Assembly: GCA_042562495.1 (NCBI GenBank)
Contig: JBHPMC010000002.1
Span: 12,425 to 76,424, forward strand
Length of the DNA: 64,000 bases
Source: Candidatus Margulisiibacteriota bacterium
GTDB lineage: Bacteria > Margulisbacteria > Termititenacia > CAZZFK01
Direction: 5' to 3'
The position numbers and the translations under genes are program-made. The notes under the pieces were generated by a model. It was not told the origin of the DNA. It was given only the letters and a program-made list of their open reading frames with translations, and did not search any database. Below, one piece after another: positions 28,932 through 39,114 of this stretch; the stretch's first letter is position 1; the number at the start of each line of letters is the position of its first letter.

Positions 28932-29447
28932 ATGATCGAGATGGAATTAGGTGGATTGGGTTTTGATCCGCGAAACATGTCTCCCATTGTGTTGTTAAGG
29001 GATAAAGAAGAGCGCAATTTTCTGCCGATCTGGATCGGCATGTTCGAGGCTGCGGCCATTGCTATGGAGCTGCAGGATTTCAAGCCTCCTCGCCCGATGA
29101 CCCACGATCTTTTAGTTTCGGTGATCAAAGGTGTCGGGGCCAGAGTATCCAAGGTAGTTATCAATGAGATCAAGGATGATACTTTCTATGCGACCATCGA
29201 AGTGCGACCGGTCGTGGAAGAAGGAGAGCAAGTAGAGGCTGAAGATATCGTGATCATTGATTCCAGGCCATCGGATGCGATCGCGATCGCTGTACGCACC
29301 AAGACACCGATCTTTGTTTCAGAGAACGTAATGATCAAAGCGAAAATGGTCAATACTGAAAAGGATGAAGAAGAGACCAAGAAGTTCAAAGATTGGGTGA
29401 GCAACGTAAAGCCGGAAGATTTCCAGAAATACTTCGACAAGCATTAA
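28932..29447 (+). CDS. Bifunctional nuclease (BFN/DUF151) family protein
   Basis: 171 aa. PIVLLRDKEERNFLPIWIG..EAAAIA...PRPMTHDL is typical of the BFN domain. Confidence 0.7.
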   Translation: MIEMELGGLGFDPRNMSPIVLLRDKEERNFLPIWIGMFEAAAIAMELQDFKPPRPMTHDLLVSVIKGVGARVSKVVINEIKDDTFYATIEVRPVVEEGEQVEAEDIVIIDSRPSDAIAIAVRTKTPIFVSENVMIKAKMVNTEKDEEETKKFKDWVSNVKPEDFQKYFDKH

Positions 29448-30772
29448 CCAGAAATTTTAAAGTTCTTAAGATGTTTATATAGGTCCGGTATCGATTTAAA
29501 GATGCTGCCAATATAATTCCATATGTCATAATCATCTATCTCCATAGCTATCTTAGTATCTATGTGTTCTTTGTGTTTTTCAATATGATCGTTCTTGTCC
29601 TGATTCTTTGTGTCTAGTTCGTTCAGCTTATTTTGAGCATTTTCCAGCGTAATTTCTCTGGTGGGGATGCCTAGTAGCTTGCTGAGATCGACAATGACCT
29701 GGTTCTTTTGATATGAGCTCATTTTCTTAGATAGGCCTTTTAATTTTTCGTCGGCTTTTTTGAAATTCTGTTTCCTTTTTTCGTAGCGTTTGGAGACCTT
29801 TTCTAGGATATCGCTTAATTTTACTTTAAATCGATAGCCTGTATATTCTTTTGGCAGAAGTTTAATGAATTTCTTGAAGAAATATGGCTGAGTGTTGCGT
29901 TTTAAGAACGGAGAAAGATGCTTTTTGTAGTATTGGGATAAGCGTCTTTTAGTAAAAAAGCTGCGTAGGAGCATAAAAACGATCACTGCTAAGGCAGCGA
30001 AGAACCAGAAATCCTTGATAAAAAAGGCGGTTATCTGTTCCATGCCCAGGACCAAAGTGACCTTTTGATGAGCCAATTTAGCGATCAATTTTACCATAGT
30101 GACGAAATGGGTAAGGATCTTTCCTGAAGCACCCAGACTGAATATAGTGGTAATAGCTTTATTCTTGCGGCTTAAGTATTTCTTTAAAGGAATATACAGC
30201 GGTGCTATCTCCTGGCTTAGCTTCCTGTTGACCAGTTCATCGATGATATCCTCAGTGTTGACGATGATCTCTTCGATAAGTTCTGCATTGAGCATATCCC
30301 TGTGAAAATATTTATCGATATCCTTATCGATCTGGCTGCGTACATATTCGCTGGTGATCTTGGCAAAATCTGTGCTGATAGAATTATCAAATAGTTTATC
30401 TCTTTCTGTAAAAAGAAAGTGGGTGGTAGTTGAAGCAATGATCGCATAAGTACGTATGAACCGGACGATCTTCCTGGTGATCTTCTTCTTTTGGATCTCG
30501 CTTATTTTCGAAAGCGGGATAGGATTCTCGACCATATGTTTATCCAGTACCGCCTGTAATTGGTTCTCGTCCAGGCAATTATCGTTTTGGAAGAGGATCT
30601 TATCTATGTTCTTTTGTTTGGCGAATAAGACCGATACAACATTTTTGGACATAGAGGTCATATAGCGGCTGAGCTTGATATCATCGCTGGACATATCAGC
30701 ATGGACCTTGAAGAATTTACGCTCCAAGATGTTCTTATTTCGTTCCTTTGTGCTTATGATCTTATTGAACAT
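29444..30772 (-). CDS. Hypothetical membrane-anchored protein (442 aa)
   Basis: AT-rich ORF with a central hydrophobic segment (FFIKDFWFFAALAVIVFMLL). No known motifs. Confidence 0.5.
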   Translation of the reverse strand: MFNKIISTKERNKNILERKFFKVHADMSSDDIKLSRYMTSMSKNVVSVLFAKQKNIDKILFQNDNCLDENQLQAVLDKHMVENPIPLSKISEIQKKKITRKIVRFIRTYAIIASTTTHFLFTERDKLFDNSISTDFAKITSEYVRSQIDKDIDKYFHRDMLNAELIEEIIVNTEDIIDELVNRKLSQEIAPLYIPLKKYLSRKNKAITTIFSLGASGKILTHFVTMVKLIAKLAHQKVTLVLGMEQITAFFIKDFWFFAALAVIVFMLLRSFFTKRRLSQYYKKHLSPFLKRNTQPYFFKKFIKLLPKEYTGYRFKVKLSDILEKVSKRYEKRKQNFKKADEKLKGLSKKMSSYQKNQVIVDLSKLLGIPTREITLENAQNKLNELDTKNQDKNDHIEKHKEHIDTKIAMEIDDYDIWNYIGSIFKSIPDLYKHLKNFKISG

Positions 30773-30802
30773 AATAATTATTTATACCTTCCGGTATGAA
30801 TA

Positions 30803-30829
30803 TATCGTAGGCAAAGGAGGAAAATTTCA
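30803..30829 (-). promoter_or_regulatory. Sigma-28-like promoter motif
   Basis: Minus strand reads tTGAAAT tttcctcctttg CCTACGATA, 30 nt upstream of start 30772. Confidence 0.6.
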
Positions 30830-30841
30830 ATAAATTGCTAT

Positions 30842-32038
30842 TTAAATAGAACGGAGCCTGAGTAGAGCTTTTTCCTTGCCGATGAGCGTGAGGACTTCAA
30901 ATATTCCAGGGCTGACCTTGGTGCCGGTCAATGCCACGCGCAGGGGATGAATGATATCGGCGGCTTTTTTATCCTTAGTTGCAGCAAAATCACGGACCAC
31001 TTTCTCCAGTCCTGCTTCTGTCCAATCAGACAAGTTTTTAAGCTCGTTAGACAGTTCTTTTAATAACGAAATATTCAGGTCAGTAAGCATTTCTTTTTTT
31101 GCTTGAGGGTCATATTCAATAGAATCATCCAGAAAATAAGCAATGGCCTTGTTGAGTTCAGTTACAGATTTAGCCCGAGAGTTGACCAGATCGATGATCT
31201 TATCAAGTTCTTTAGCGGACTGATATTTTTCCAGAACATATTCTTTTAATCTTTTAGCAGAGGAGTTCTTGATGTGTTCGGAATTCACCCAAGTAAGCTT
31301 TTCAGGATCAAAGATCGCTGCAGAGCTGCCCAATTTATTAATAGAGAATTTCTTGATCAGATCGTCCGTTGTAAAGAACTCCTGATCTTTATAAGCCCAA
31401 CCCAGGCGCGCTAAGTAATTGCGCATAGCTTCGGGCAGAATACCTTGTGCTTTGAACTCCATTACAGAAGCAGCTCCGTGGCGTTTGCTTAAGCGTTCTC
31501 CGTCCGGGCCCAGTATCATCGGGACATGGACGAATTTGGGAGGCTTGAGCTCCAGTGCTTTATAGATCAGGATCTGCCGCGGAGTGTTCGATAGATGATC
31601 ATCGCCGCGGATGACATGGGTCATACCCATTTCTACATCGTCAACGACAACTGCAAAATTATAGACCGGATGACCATCTGATTTTATGATCACGAAATCA
31701 TCAATATTCTTTTCGACATCTCCTTTGATATAGATCGCGCCGTCTTTTTTATAGGCCAATCCTTTATCAAGTAAAGCCGTGTAATATTTTTTATAGATCT
31801 CTAAGCGTTTGGTCTGAAAAAAAGGCCCTTCATCCCAATCCAAGCCGAGCCATTTCATTCCGTCCAAAATAGCCTGTACCGATTCCGGAGTGGAGCGTTC
31901 CCTGTCTGTATCCTCGATGCGCAAGATGAATTTCCCGCCTTTGTTCTTGGCATAAAGCCAGTTGAATAGAGCAGTGCGGGCGCTGCCAATATGCAGATAG
32001 CCGGTCGGTGATGGTGCAAAGCGTGTTCTAACTGTCAT
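30842..32038 (-). CDS. gltX: Glutamate--tRNA ligase (short, 398 aa)
   Basis: RFAPSPTGYLHIGSART (HIGH motif), ILRIEDTD and RLSKRHG (KMSKS-like). The C-terminal anticodon-binding region is shorter than typical enzymes of about 470 aa. Confidence 0.85.
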   Translation of the reverse strand: MTVRTRFAPSPTGYLHIGSARTALFNWLYAKNKGGKFILRIEDTDRERSTPESVQAILDGMKWLGLDWDEGPFFQTKRLEIYKKYYTALLDKGLAYKKDGAIYIKGDVEKNIDDFVIIKSDGHPVYNFAVVVDDVEMGMTHVIRGDDHLSNTPRQILIYKALELKPPKFVHVPMILGPDGERLSKRHGAASVMEFKAQGILPEAMRNYLARLGWAYKDQEFFTTDDLIKKFSINKLGSSAAIFDPEKLTWVNSEHIKNSSAKRLKEYVLEKYQSAKELDKIIDLVNSRAKSVTELNKAIAYFLDDSIEYDPQAKKEMLTDLNISLLKELSNELKNLSDWTEAGLEKVVRDFAATKDKKAADIIHPLRVALTGTKVSPGIFEVLTLIGKEKALLRLRSI

Positions 32039-32102
32039 GTTATCCTACAATGTTTACAAAATTTGTGGGCTATTATAACATACACCGCGGTCTCCAATTT
32101 TA

Positions 32103-32669
32103 TTGAAAGCTATTATGATGTTGAAAAATAATCCTGTTTTAAAGTTCTTATTAGGCCTCTGTCCTACCTTGGCGGTCACCACCAATGTGGTCAACGGTAT
32201 GGGCATGGGATTGGCAGCGACCTTTGTCTTGGTCTTTTCTAATGTCATAGTTTCCTTTATAAAGCCGATCATTCCGCCAAAGATACGTATCCCGATCTTC
32301 TTGATCGTTATCGTTACTTTCGTATCCACGGTAGATATGTTAATGGCTGCCTTTGCTCCGGCATTACACCGCACCTTAGGGGTTTTTGTTCCTTTAATAG
32401 TCGTTAATTGCATTATTTTAGGCAGGGTGGAATCCTATGCTTATAAACACAGCGTGCGCCTGGCTTTATTGGATGGTTTGCTGATGGGGATATCCTTTAC
32501 GCTGACCCTGATGGCCATCGGCGGTATCCGTGAGATCCTGGGTAATGGTACTTTAATGGGTTTAACAATATTAAGTAATTACACTCCGATGTTATTCATG
32601 ATCCTGCCGCCGGGTGCCTTTTTAGTACTGGGCCTATTGGTCGGTGTAGCAAATTTGGATAAAAAATGA
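32103..32669 (+). CDS. rnfE: Rnf/Rsx electron-transport complex subunit E
   Basis: LLGLCPTLAVTT...GMGLA, LGVFVPLIVVNCIILGR and REILGNGTL match RnfE rather than RnfA. The likely start is ATG 32115. Confidence 0.8.
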   Translation: MKAIMMLKNNPVLKFLLGLCPTLAVTTNVVNGMGMGLAATFVLVFSNVIVSFIKPIIPPKIRIPIFLIVIVTFVSTVDMLMAAFAPALHRTLGVFVPLIVVNCIILGRVESYAYKHSVRLALLDGLLMGISFTLTLMAIGGIREILGNGTLMGLTILSNYTPMLFMILPPGAFLVLGLLVGVANLDKK

Positions 32670-33919
32670 AGCACTATAAAGAGCAGACCGTAAAACTAGA
32701 GATCAAAGATTTTCCGGCACCGGAGATCATCGTTATGCCTCTGGTCCAGCATTTAGGTGCACCTACCGAAGCTAAAGTTAAAGTAGGAGATGAAGTAAAA
32801 GTAGGGCAGGTCTTAGGTTCAGCGGATGCCTTTGTAACCGCACCTATTCACGCCAGTGTTTCCGGAAAGGTCCAAGCCATCGAGGTAAGGCCTCATCCCT
32901 CCGGAATACCGGTCTTATCCATAGTCATCCAGAACGATGGAAAAAATGAAATTGATGGGGCAATAAAGCCGTATCCGGAATTAGATTCCTTATCTAAAGA
33001 ACAGATAATCGATCTTGTAAAAAGTTCCGGGCTGGTCGGTATGGGCGGGGCAGCTTTTCCGACCCATGTAAAACTTCAGCCACCGAAAGAAAAAAAGGTA
33101 GATACTTTGATCTTGAATGCTGCCGAATGCGAACCATACCTAACGGCCGACCACAGAGTTTTACTGGAAGAGACAGCTGATGTTCTGCTGGGGCTTAAGG
33201 CAGCGGCCAAGGCCTTGGCTGTGCAGAACATATATATAGGCATAGAAAATAATAAAATGGATGCTGTAAAAAAGTTAAAAGAGGCAGGGGCAGAGAGCTT
33301 TGCTAAAATAGTTATCTTAAAGACAAAATATCCGACCGGAGCAGAAAAAGTTCTGGTCAAAAAGGTAATAAAACGTACTGTTCCTCCGCTGGGGATCCCC
33401 TTGGATGTGGGTTGTGTTGTTTCAAATGTAGGCACAATGGCCCAGCTTGGGAAGACCATTAAAACAGGATTGCCTTTGATAGAGCGTATCGTTACCTTGG
33501 CGGGATCAGAAGTTGATAATCCCGGGAATTATAGAGTAAAGCTCGGTACCAGATTGCAGGATCTTATAAAATTCAAGATCGATCTTTATAAAGAGGATGC
33601 TAAAGATTATAAGTTATTGATGGGCGGTCCGATGATGGGTTTGTCCCAATCTACTTTGGAAGTTCCCATTATGAAAGGATCTTCCGGAGTGCTTTTGATT
33701 GATGCAGTTACCCCTGCTGAAGAGAATTGTATCCGTTGCGGGCGCTGTGTCGATAATTGTCCGCTAGATCTTTTACCTTATGATGAATTTGATAAAGTGA
33801 ACGATAATTGTATGGAGTGCGGATTGTGTGCCTACAATTGTCCGGCGAAAAGACATTTAGTACAGAGGATCAAAATGCTGAAATTAGAACGCCAGATCAA
33901 AAAGAAGAAAGGTAAATAA
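32666..33919 (+). CDS. rnfC: Rnf complex subunit C
   Basis: 417 aa. GMGGAAFPTHVK, NAAECEPYLTAD and two ferredoxin motifs (CIRCGRCVDNCP, CMECGLCAYNCP). Confidence 0.85.
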   Translation: MKHYKEQTVKLEIKDFPAPEIIVMPLVQHLGAPTEAKVKVGDEVKVGQVLGSADAFVTAPIHASVSGKVQAIEVRPHPSGIPVLSIVIQNDGKNEIDGAIKPYPELDSLSKEQIIDLVKSSGLVGMGGAAFPTHVKLQPPKEKKVDTLILNAAECEPYLTADHRVLLEETADVLLGLKAAAKALAVQNIYIGIENNKMDAVKKLKEAGAESFAKIVILKTKYPTGAEKVLVKKVIKRTVPPLGIPLDVGCVVSNVGTMAQLGKTIKTGLPLIERIVTLAGSEVDNPGNYRVKLGTRLQDLIKFKIDLYKEDAKDYKLLMGGPMMGLSQSTLEVPIMKGSSGVLLIDAVTPAEENCIRCGRCVDNCPLDLLPYDEFDKVNDNCMECGLCAYNCPAKRHLVQRIKMLKLERQIKKKKGK

Positions 33920-34821
33920 TGGGCTTAGTATTATCTTCGGGTCCGCATTTAAGAGATAAAGACAGCACGGAACAGATCATGCGTGATGTTTTACTGGCGC
34001 TTGTTCCGGCATTTGTTGCTTCTGTGATCTTTTTTGGTTTACGTTCAATATTATTAGTTATTGTTTCTGTATTTTTTGCAGTATTAACAGGAATGATCTG
34101 TGATGTAATGCGTCGCAGAAAAAGCACTATTCATGATGGCAGCGCAGTTCTCACCGGGGTGCTTTTAGCCCTGACCTGTCCGCCGGGATTACCGCTTTGG
34201 ATGGTCGCCTTGGGATCTTTTGTGGGGCTCGCGATCGCCAAAGAAGCGTTTGGCGGTCTGGGCTTTAATATTTTTAATCCGGCTTTGGTCGGCAGAGCAT
34301 TTCTTTTAGCTTCTTATCCGGTAGCTATGACCACTTGGAATATGCCCGGGCAAGCGATCATTGCAGCTAATACCGGGGCAACGCCACTTGGTATGATAGC
34401 CGAAAGTACTTTTGATAAATTGCCTGTTTTAAAAGATCTGATACTTGGAAATATCGGAGGTTCTTTAGGTGAGACCTCAGCTTTAGCGCTCTTAATAGGG
34501 GCAGCTTATCTAATATATAAAAAGATCATTGATTGGCGTATCCCGGCTTCGTATATCGGGACAGTAGCCATATTGTCTTTTGTTTTCGGGCAGGATCCAA
34601 TGTTCCACATCTTTGCCGGCGGTTTGATCCTGGGAGCTTTTTTCATGGCGACGGATTATGTTACTTCTCCAATGACCACCAGCGGTAAGCTGATCTTTGG
34701 TCTTGGCGCCGGGATCTTGGTCGTGGTGATCAGATTATGGGGAGGCTATCCGGAAGGTGTTTGTTATTCTATTCTTTTAATGAACGCGGTAACTCCGCTC
34801 TTAGATAAGCTCAAGAAATGA
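33919..34821 (+). CDS. rnfD: Rnf complex subunit D
   Basis: 300 aa polytopic membrane protein. SSGPHL, FNPALVGRAFL and the ATDYVTSP FMN-attachment region. Confidence 0.85.
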   Translation: MGLVLSSGPHLRDKDSTEQIMRDVLLALVPAFVASVIFFGLRSILLVIVSVFFAVLTGMICDVMRRRKSTIHDGSAVLTGVLLALTCPPGLPLWMVALGSFVGLAIAKEAFGGLGFNIFNPALVGRAFLLASYPVAMTTWNMPGQAIIAANTGATPLGMIAESTFDKLPVLKDLILGNIGGSLGETSALALLIGAAYLIYKKIIDWRIPASYIGTVAILSFVFGQDPMFHIFAGGLILGAFFMATDYVTSPMTTSGKLIFGLGAGILVVVIRLWGGYPEGVCYSILLMNAVTPLLDKLKK

Positions 34822-36161
34822 CCTTAAAAGTAACCATTTCCGGTGTGCGCGGCATATACGGTACCGACCTGACCGAAAAGATCGCTTTTGATTTCGGTAA
34901 AGCTTTCGGTCAATTCATTCATCCCAGAACTAAAGTTGTCGTCGGCGCAGATACCAGGCAATCCAGCCCGAGCTTAAGAGAGGCGATGTTCGAAGGCCTA
35001 AAAGCTGCCGGCTGTACACCGATCGATATCGGAATCTGCCCAACGCCTACGGTACAGATCATGGTCCGCGAACTACAGGCCGATGGCGGTGTAATGATCA
35101 CAGCCAGTCATAATCCCAAGGAATGGAACGGATTGAAATTCATCAGGCCGGATGGGATATTCCTAAATTCTACAGAAGCAGAACATTTCATCGATATATA
35201 TTATAAAAAACTAGCAAAACAATCCAAATCCGGACATTTTTTAGTAGAAGAAAATAGCACAGCCATAAAAACCCATCTTATAAAAGTCTTAAAATATGTG
35301 GATATCTCTGCTATAGAAAATAAAAAATTCAAAGTTGTCTTAGATGCTGCCAATGGTGCCGGTTGTGTGATCGGCAGAAAATTATTAGAAGAGCTTGGCT
35401 GTGAGGTCATCATGATAAACGGCGAACCTAAAGGAGATTTTAATCGAGATCCCGAACCAGTGCCAAAAAATATTACTGAACTTTGCGAAGCTGTTAAAAA
35501 GAATAAGGCCTCTATTGGTTTTGCCCAGGATGCCGATGCTGATCGCCTGGCGATCGTAAATGAAAAAGGTGAGCCGATCGGTGAAGATAATACACTTGCA
35601 CTAGCGGCTGATTATATCCTCCAAAAAGTTAAAGCAGGTAAAGCAAAAGGTGAAAAGATAATCGTTACCAACCTTTCTACCAGCAGAGTAATGGAAGATA
35701 TCGCTAAAAAGCATGGCGGCAGGGTAGAGCGGACCAAAATAGGTGAAGTCAACGTTTCAGAAAAGCTAAAAAGCTTAAATGCTGCGGTAGGCGGAGAAGG
35801 CAATGGAGGAGTAATGATGCCGGAGATCGGATTTGGCAGGGATAGTATTGCCGGAATAGCGATACTGCTGGAATATATGGCCACATCGGGCAAGCAAGTA
35901 TCTGAGCTGGTGGATCAAAATCCGAAATATGTTATGTACAAGACCAAGATCGATTGTTCTTCGGACAAAGAAGTTCAGGCAATGCTAGAAAAGGTAAAAG
36001 CAAAGTTCAAAGGTGAAGAGCTCAATGTATTGGATGGTGTAAAAGTTATTTTTCAAGATGGCAATTGGCTGCATGTCAGAGCGTCTAACACAGAGCCTAT
36101 TATTAGGATTATTACCGAAGCTTCTACTGAAGCTGAAGCAAAAAAACTTGTCCCAGCTTGA
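34818..36161 (+). CDS. Phosphomannomutase/phosphoglucomutase-family phosphohexomutase
   Basis: 447 aa. Active-site TASHNPKEWNGLK and metal loop FAQDADADRL. Confidence 0.8.
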   Translation: MTLKVTISGVRGIYGTDLTEKIAFDFGKAFGQFIHPRTKVVVGADTRQSSPSLREAMFEGLKAAGCTPIDIGICPTPTVQIMVRELQADGGVMITASHNPKEWNGLKFIRPDGIFLNSTEAEHFIDIYYKKLAKQSKSGHFLVEENSTAIKTHLIKVLKYVDISAIENKKFKVVLDAANGAGCVIGRKLLEELGCEVIMINGEPKGDFNRDPEPVPKNITELCEAVKKNKASIGFAQDADADRLAIVNEKGEPIGEDNTLALAADYILQKVKAGKAKGEKIIVTNLSTSRVMEDIAKKHGGRVERTKIGEVNVSEKLKSLNAAVGGEGNGGVMMPEIGFGRDSIAGIAILLEYMATSGKQVSELVDQNPKYVMYKTKIDCSSDKEVQAMLEKVKAKFKGEELNVLDGVKVIFQDGNWLHVRASNTEPIIRIITEASTEAEAKKLVPA

Positions 36162-36167
36162 GAGGAA

Positions 36168-37100
36168 TTAATTTTTCGCTAAAGCAATAAAAATATCGGT
36201 AGATTGCCTAGCCTCAATTGTTACTGCTGCAGTGTTGGCAGTGATCAAGGCGCATTTTCCTCCAGGAACAGTTATTCCATTTGCCTTAATGGTTTGTCCA
36301 ATAGGTAATATTAAATGGAATCTGTCAATTTCCAGCTCTTTTGTTGTAGAGCCAGAAACTTTCAAGTGTTCGATTTTGAAATTGGGTTTATCGAAGAACA
36401 CGCCTGTGCCTTCGATCTTTTGAGGACGAGAATCATAGTTCAAAGCAGCCAAGGCATGCTCTAAATGAAGTGGGCGAGCTGCTTTCTTCCTTCCCCAATC
36501 ATAGATCCTGAAGGTGGTATTAGAGGGTTGTTGAGGTTCTAAAAGATTTCCCTCTAAAATAGCGTGAACTGTCCCGCTTTCAACGTAAATAGCTTCTCCT
36601 TTGGCTAATTCGACCAAGTTCATAAAATTTTCCAGGTCGGCCACAGGATGTTTTTGTTCAAAGAAGCCTTCTTTTATTAACTTGGCAAAATCATCTTTAT
36701 TAAAGCCTGGTTTAAAACCGCAAAGTACTTTGGAAGCAGTTACGGCCCACCAGCCTTCGGTCTTCCCGGGTATACGTTTATTGCCTATAAGCTCATCGCT
36801 GGGATGGACCTGCAGAGAAAGCGGTTCTCGAACTGCCAGAAATTTTAATAAGAACGGGAATTCGTCACGATTTTTAAAGACCTCGCCGAATATTTTTGTT
36901 CTATTATTTGTATCATTAAAAATATCGTGCAGGGGCTTGCCCTCCATGTTCGTACTGCGCTCAGGAAGGCCTGAAGCCAGGAATATCTCGCCGACCGTGA
37001 GCTTAAAAGGGATGTTCTCTCCAAGAAATTCATTTATGGCCTGGTTATTGCCCCAGGTTTTGTCAGCAAAAATTGGATCAAGTAAATTGATCTGAGGCAT
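36168..37100 (-). CDS. manA: Class I mannose-6-phosphate isomerase
   Basis: QVHPSD and ESGTVHAI cupin motifs. Start moved to ATG 37100 (MPQINLL...) because the track's 37229 start overlaps trmB by 125 nt. Confidence 0.75.
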   Translation of the reverse strand: MPQINLLDPIFADKTWGNNQAINEFLGENIPFKLTVGEIFLASGLPERSTNMEGKPLHDIFNDTNNRTKIFGEVFKNRDEFPFLLKFLAVREPLSLQVHPSDELIGNKRIPGKTEGWWAVTASKVLCGFKPGFNKDDFAKLIKEGFFEQKHPVADLENFMNLVELAKGEAIYVESGTVHAILEGNLLEPQQPSNTTFRIYDWGRKKAARPLHLEHALAALNYDSRPQKIEGTGVFFDKPNFKIEHLKVSGSTTKELEIDRFHLILPIGQTIKANGITVPGGKCALITANTAAVTIEARQSTDIFIALAKN

Positions 37101-37104
37101 GAGC

Positions 37105-37716
37105 TTATTTCCTTTTATATTGTAATCTAAAGATCGGATGGCCATGCTGTATATGATATAGCTCAATATCAGAAAAAAATCCAGAAATATTTTCCGGTGC
37201 CCAATTATTTTTATCAAAAAGATTTCCAAAGAGGTCGCTACTATTTATGATCTCACGCATATCTTTGGCCAGTTGTTCCTGATCGGTAGCAATATGCAGG
37301 ATGCCATCTTTTTGCATGGCCTTATGCAGGATCGGCAGGAACTTTGGATTTATTACGCGGCGTTTTAAATGCCGATCCTTATACCAGGGATCAGGGAAAA
37401 GGATCAGAGTAGTGGAAATACTTTCTGGCTTAAATAATTTTTCCAAAGCAGTGTTGGCATTGGCCAGCAGTACATAGGCGTTGGGCAATTCTTCTTTTTT
37501 AATGGTCTCTTTAACTTTATCCACGAATTTCTTGCGGACTTCAAGGCCTACAACGTTCAGGTCAGGATTAGCTTTTGCATAGGGAATTAGCCAGCGTGCA
37601 TTAGAAAAACCGATCTCAAGGACCAGTGGATTTTTATTAGGAAAGATCTTTGACCAATCAGGGGTCTCGATCTCTCCGAATATATTAAATGGATTAAAAT
37701 GTGGATGGGCGCGCAT
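37105..37716 (-). CDS. trmB: tRNA (guanine-N7)-methyltransferase
   Basis: 203 aa. LEIGFSNARW, FPDPWYKDRHLKRR. Confidence 0.85.
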   Translation of the reverse strand: MRAHPHFNPFNIFGEIETPDWSKIFPNKNPLVLEIGFSNARWLIPYAKANPDLNVVGLEVRKKFVDKVKETIKKEELPNAYVLLANANTALEKLFKPESISTTLILFPDPWYKDRHLKRRVINPKFLPILHKAMQKDGILHIATDQEQLAKDMREIINSSDLFGNLFDKNNWAPENISGFFSDIELYHIQHGHPIFRLQYKRK

Positions 37717-38453
37717 CAGGCGTTGATCTTATTTAGTTCCTTTTCGGCACGTTTTAGATCATCAACGGTATTGATGCCATGTACTTCCAGCTCATGATCG
37801 GTAGCAATAGCCGAGACTTTTTTGCCTTTGTTTTTCAGGATCTCAATAACATCGGTCAGATAATATTCCTTTTGGTCATTATCTGTAGATAAACCATGGA
37901 TCGCTTCAAAAAGCTCGGCGGTCTCAAAAGCATAGATGCCGGTATTGATCTCATTGACCTTGCGCTCTTCGTCAGTTGCATCGCGGTATTCAACTATCTT
38001 TTCCACGTCACCATCTGTTTGCCTTATTATCCGGCCGTAATGTTTGGGATCCTTAAGCTTTATCGTCAAAATAGTACCTGCAGCTTTTTGCTTATGATGA
38101 TGATCTATTAAGGTCTGGATAGTCTTTTTCGTCAACAAAGGGACATCCCCGCAGAGTATGAGCGAAGTGCCCGCCTTGGTCTTAAGCTGAGGTTCAGTGA
38201 CCAGGATAGCGTGGCCGGTGCCCAGCTGTTCTTTTTGTTCAACATAAACTACGTTGTATTCTTTAGTCACTTCTTTGACCATATCTGCCTGGTGCCCGAC
38301 AATTAAATAGATGTTCTCGGGAGAGAGCTTATTGGCAGTATCTAAGACATAATCGACCATGTGCCTACCGTTGATCTGATGCAGTACTTTAGCAAGATCG
38401 GATTTCATTCTGGTGCCTTTACCGGCTGCTAAGATGATGATCTGTAGGGTCAT
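37716..38453 (-). CDS. Sugar-1-phosphate nucleotidyltransferase (GlmU N-terminal domain only)
   Basis: 245 aa. ILAAGKGTRMKS..KVLH and LILCGDVPL. No left-handed beta-helix acetyltransferase domain is present. Confidence 0.75.
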   Translation of the reverse strand: MTLQIIILAAGKGTRMKSDLAKVLHQINGRHMVDYVLDTANKLSPENIYLIVGHQADMVKEVTKEYNVVYVEQKEQLGTGHAILVTEPQLKTKAGTSLILCGDVPLLTKKTIQTLIDHHHKQKAAGTILTIKLKDPKHYGRIIRQTDGDVEKIVEYRDATDEERKVNEINTGIYAFETAELFEAIHGLSTDNDQKEYYLTDVIEILKNKGKKVSAIATDHELEVHGINTVDDLKRAEKELNKINA

Positions 38454-38556
38454 AAAAAAACCTCCGCTTTGGCAATAAATATATCACGGATCGATCAAAA
38501 GGCGAAGAGAAGAACACGGTTTTCATTAAGTTTTTTCATAGGTATAATAACTTTTA

Positions 38557-39114
38557 ATGTATAAAGCTATTGAATTCAAACTGCAGCAGAACATATCTCC
38601 CAAACGTTTTGCCCATTCCAAACGGGTGGCGGAGACAGCAGAACATCTGGCGGCAAAATGCGGAGCTGATCCCAATAAAGCATATCTTTCCGGGCTATTA
38701 CATGATTGTGCCCGTGATCTGAGCGAAAAAGAATTGACCGAGCATGTAGCAAAAAATAAACTTAAAGTGAAAAAGTATGAGCTGCAGTATCCGGTGTTAC
38801 TGCATGGCGAAGTAGGTGCGGACCTTGCCCAACAAGTATATGAAATAGAAGATGAGGAGATCCAAAATGCTATTAGACAACATACGGCAGGGGGCAGAGA
38901 TCTGGCGCCTTTATCTAAAGTGCTTTATGTGGCTGATTTTATCGAGCCGGGGCGGAGCGGTGATATAGTAAAGGTCATCAGTGCTATAGCGGAAAAGAAT
39001 TTAGAGCGGGCTGTACTGCAGAAAGCCCAATTTATGCTGGAATTTTCTAAGCGGGTCAGAGAAAAGCTGCATCCGGATGTCTTGGCGACCTTGGAGTTTT
39101 ATAAAAATGCCTGA
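38557..39114 (+). CDS. yqeK: HD-domain phosphohydrolase YqeK
   Basis: 185 aa. RFAHSKRVA..., LLHDCAR and YVADFIEPGR. Confidence 0.8.
   Translation: MYKAIEFKLQQNISPKRFAHSKRVAETAEHLAAKCGADPNKAYLSGLLHDCARDLSEKELTEHVAKNKLKVKKYELQYPVLLHGEVGADLAQQVYEIEDEEIQNAIRQHTAGGRDLAPLSKVLYVADFIEPGRSGDIVKVISAIAEKNLERAVLQKAQFMLEFSKRVREKLHPDVLATLEFYKNA

Noticed and set aside
37101-37229. 5' extensions of track ORFs (manA to 37229, thrS from 24252, LCP from 39077, 41249, 42183, 62660, trxA from 11564)
   Set aside because: The extensions overlap upstream genes or swallow the promoter motifs and hairpins. Internal ATG/TTG codons with Shine-Dalgarno sequences give family-typical N-termini.
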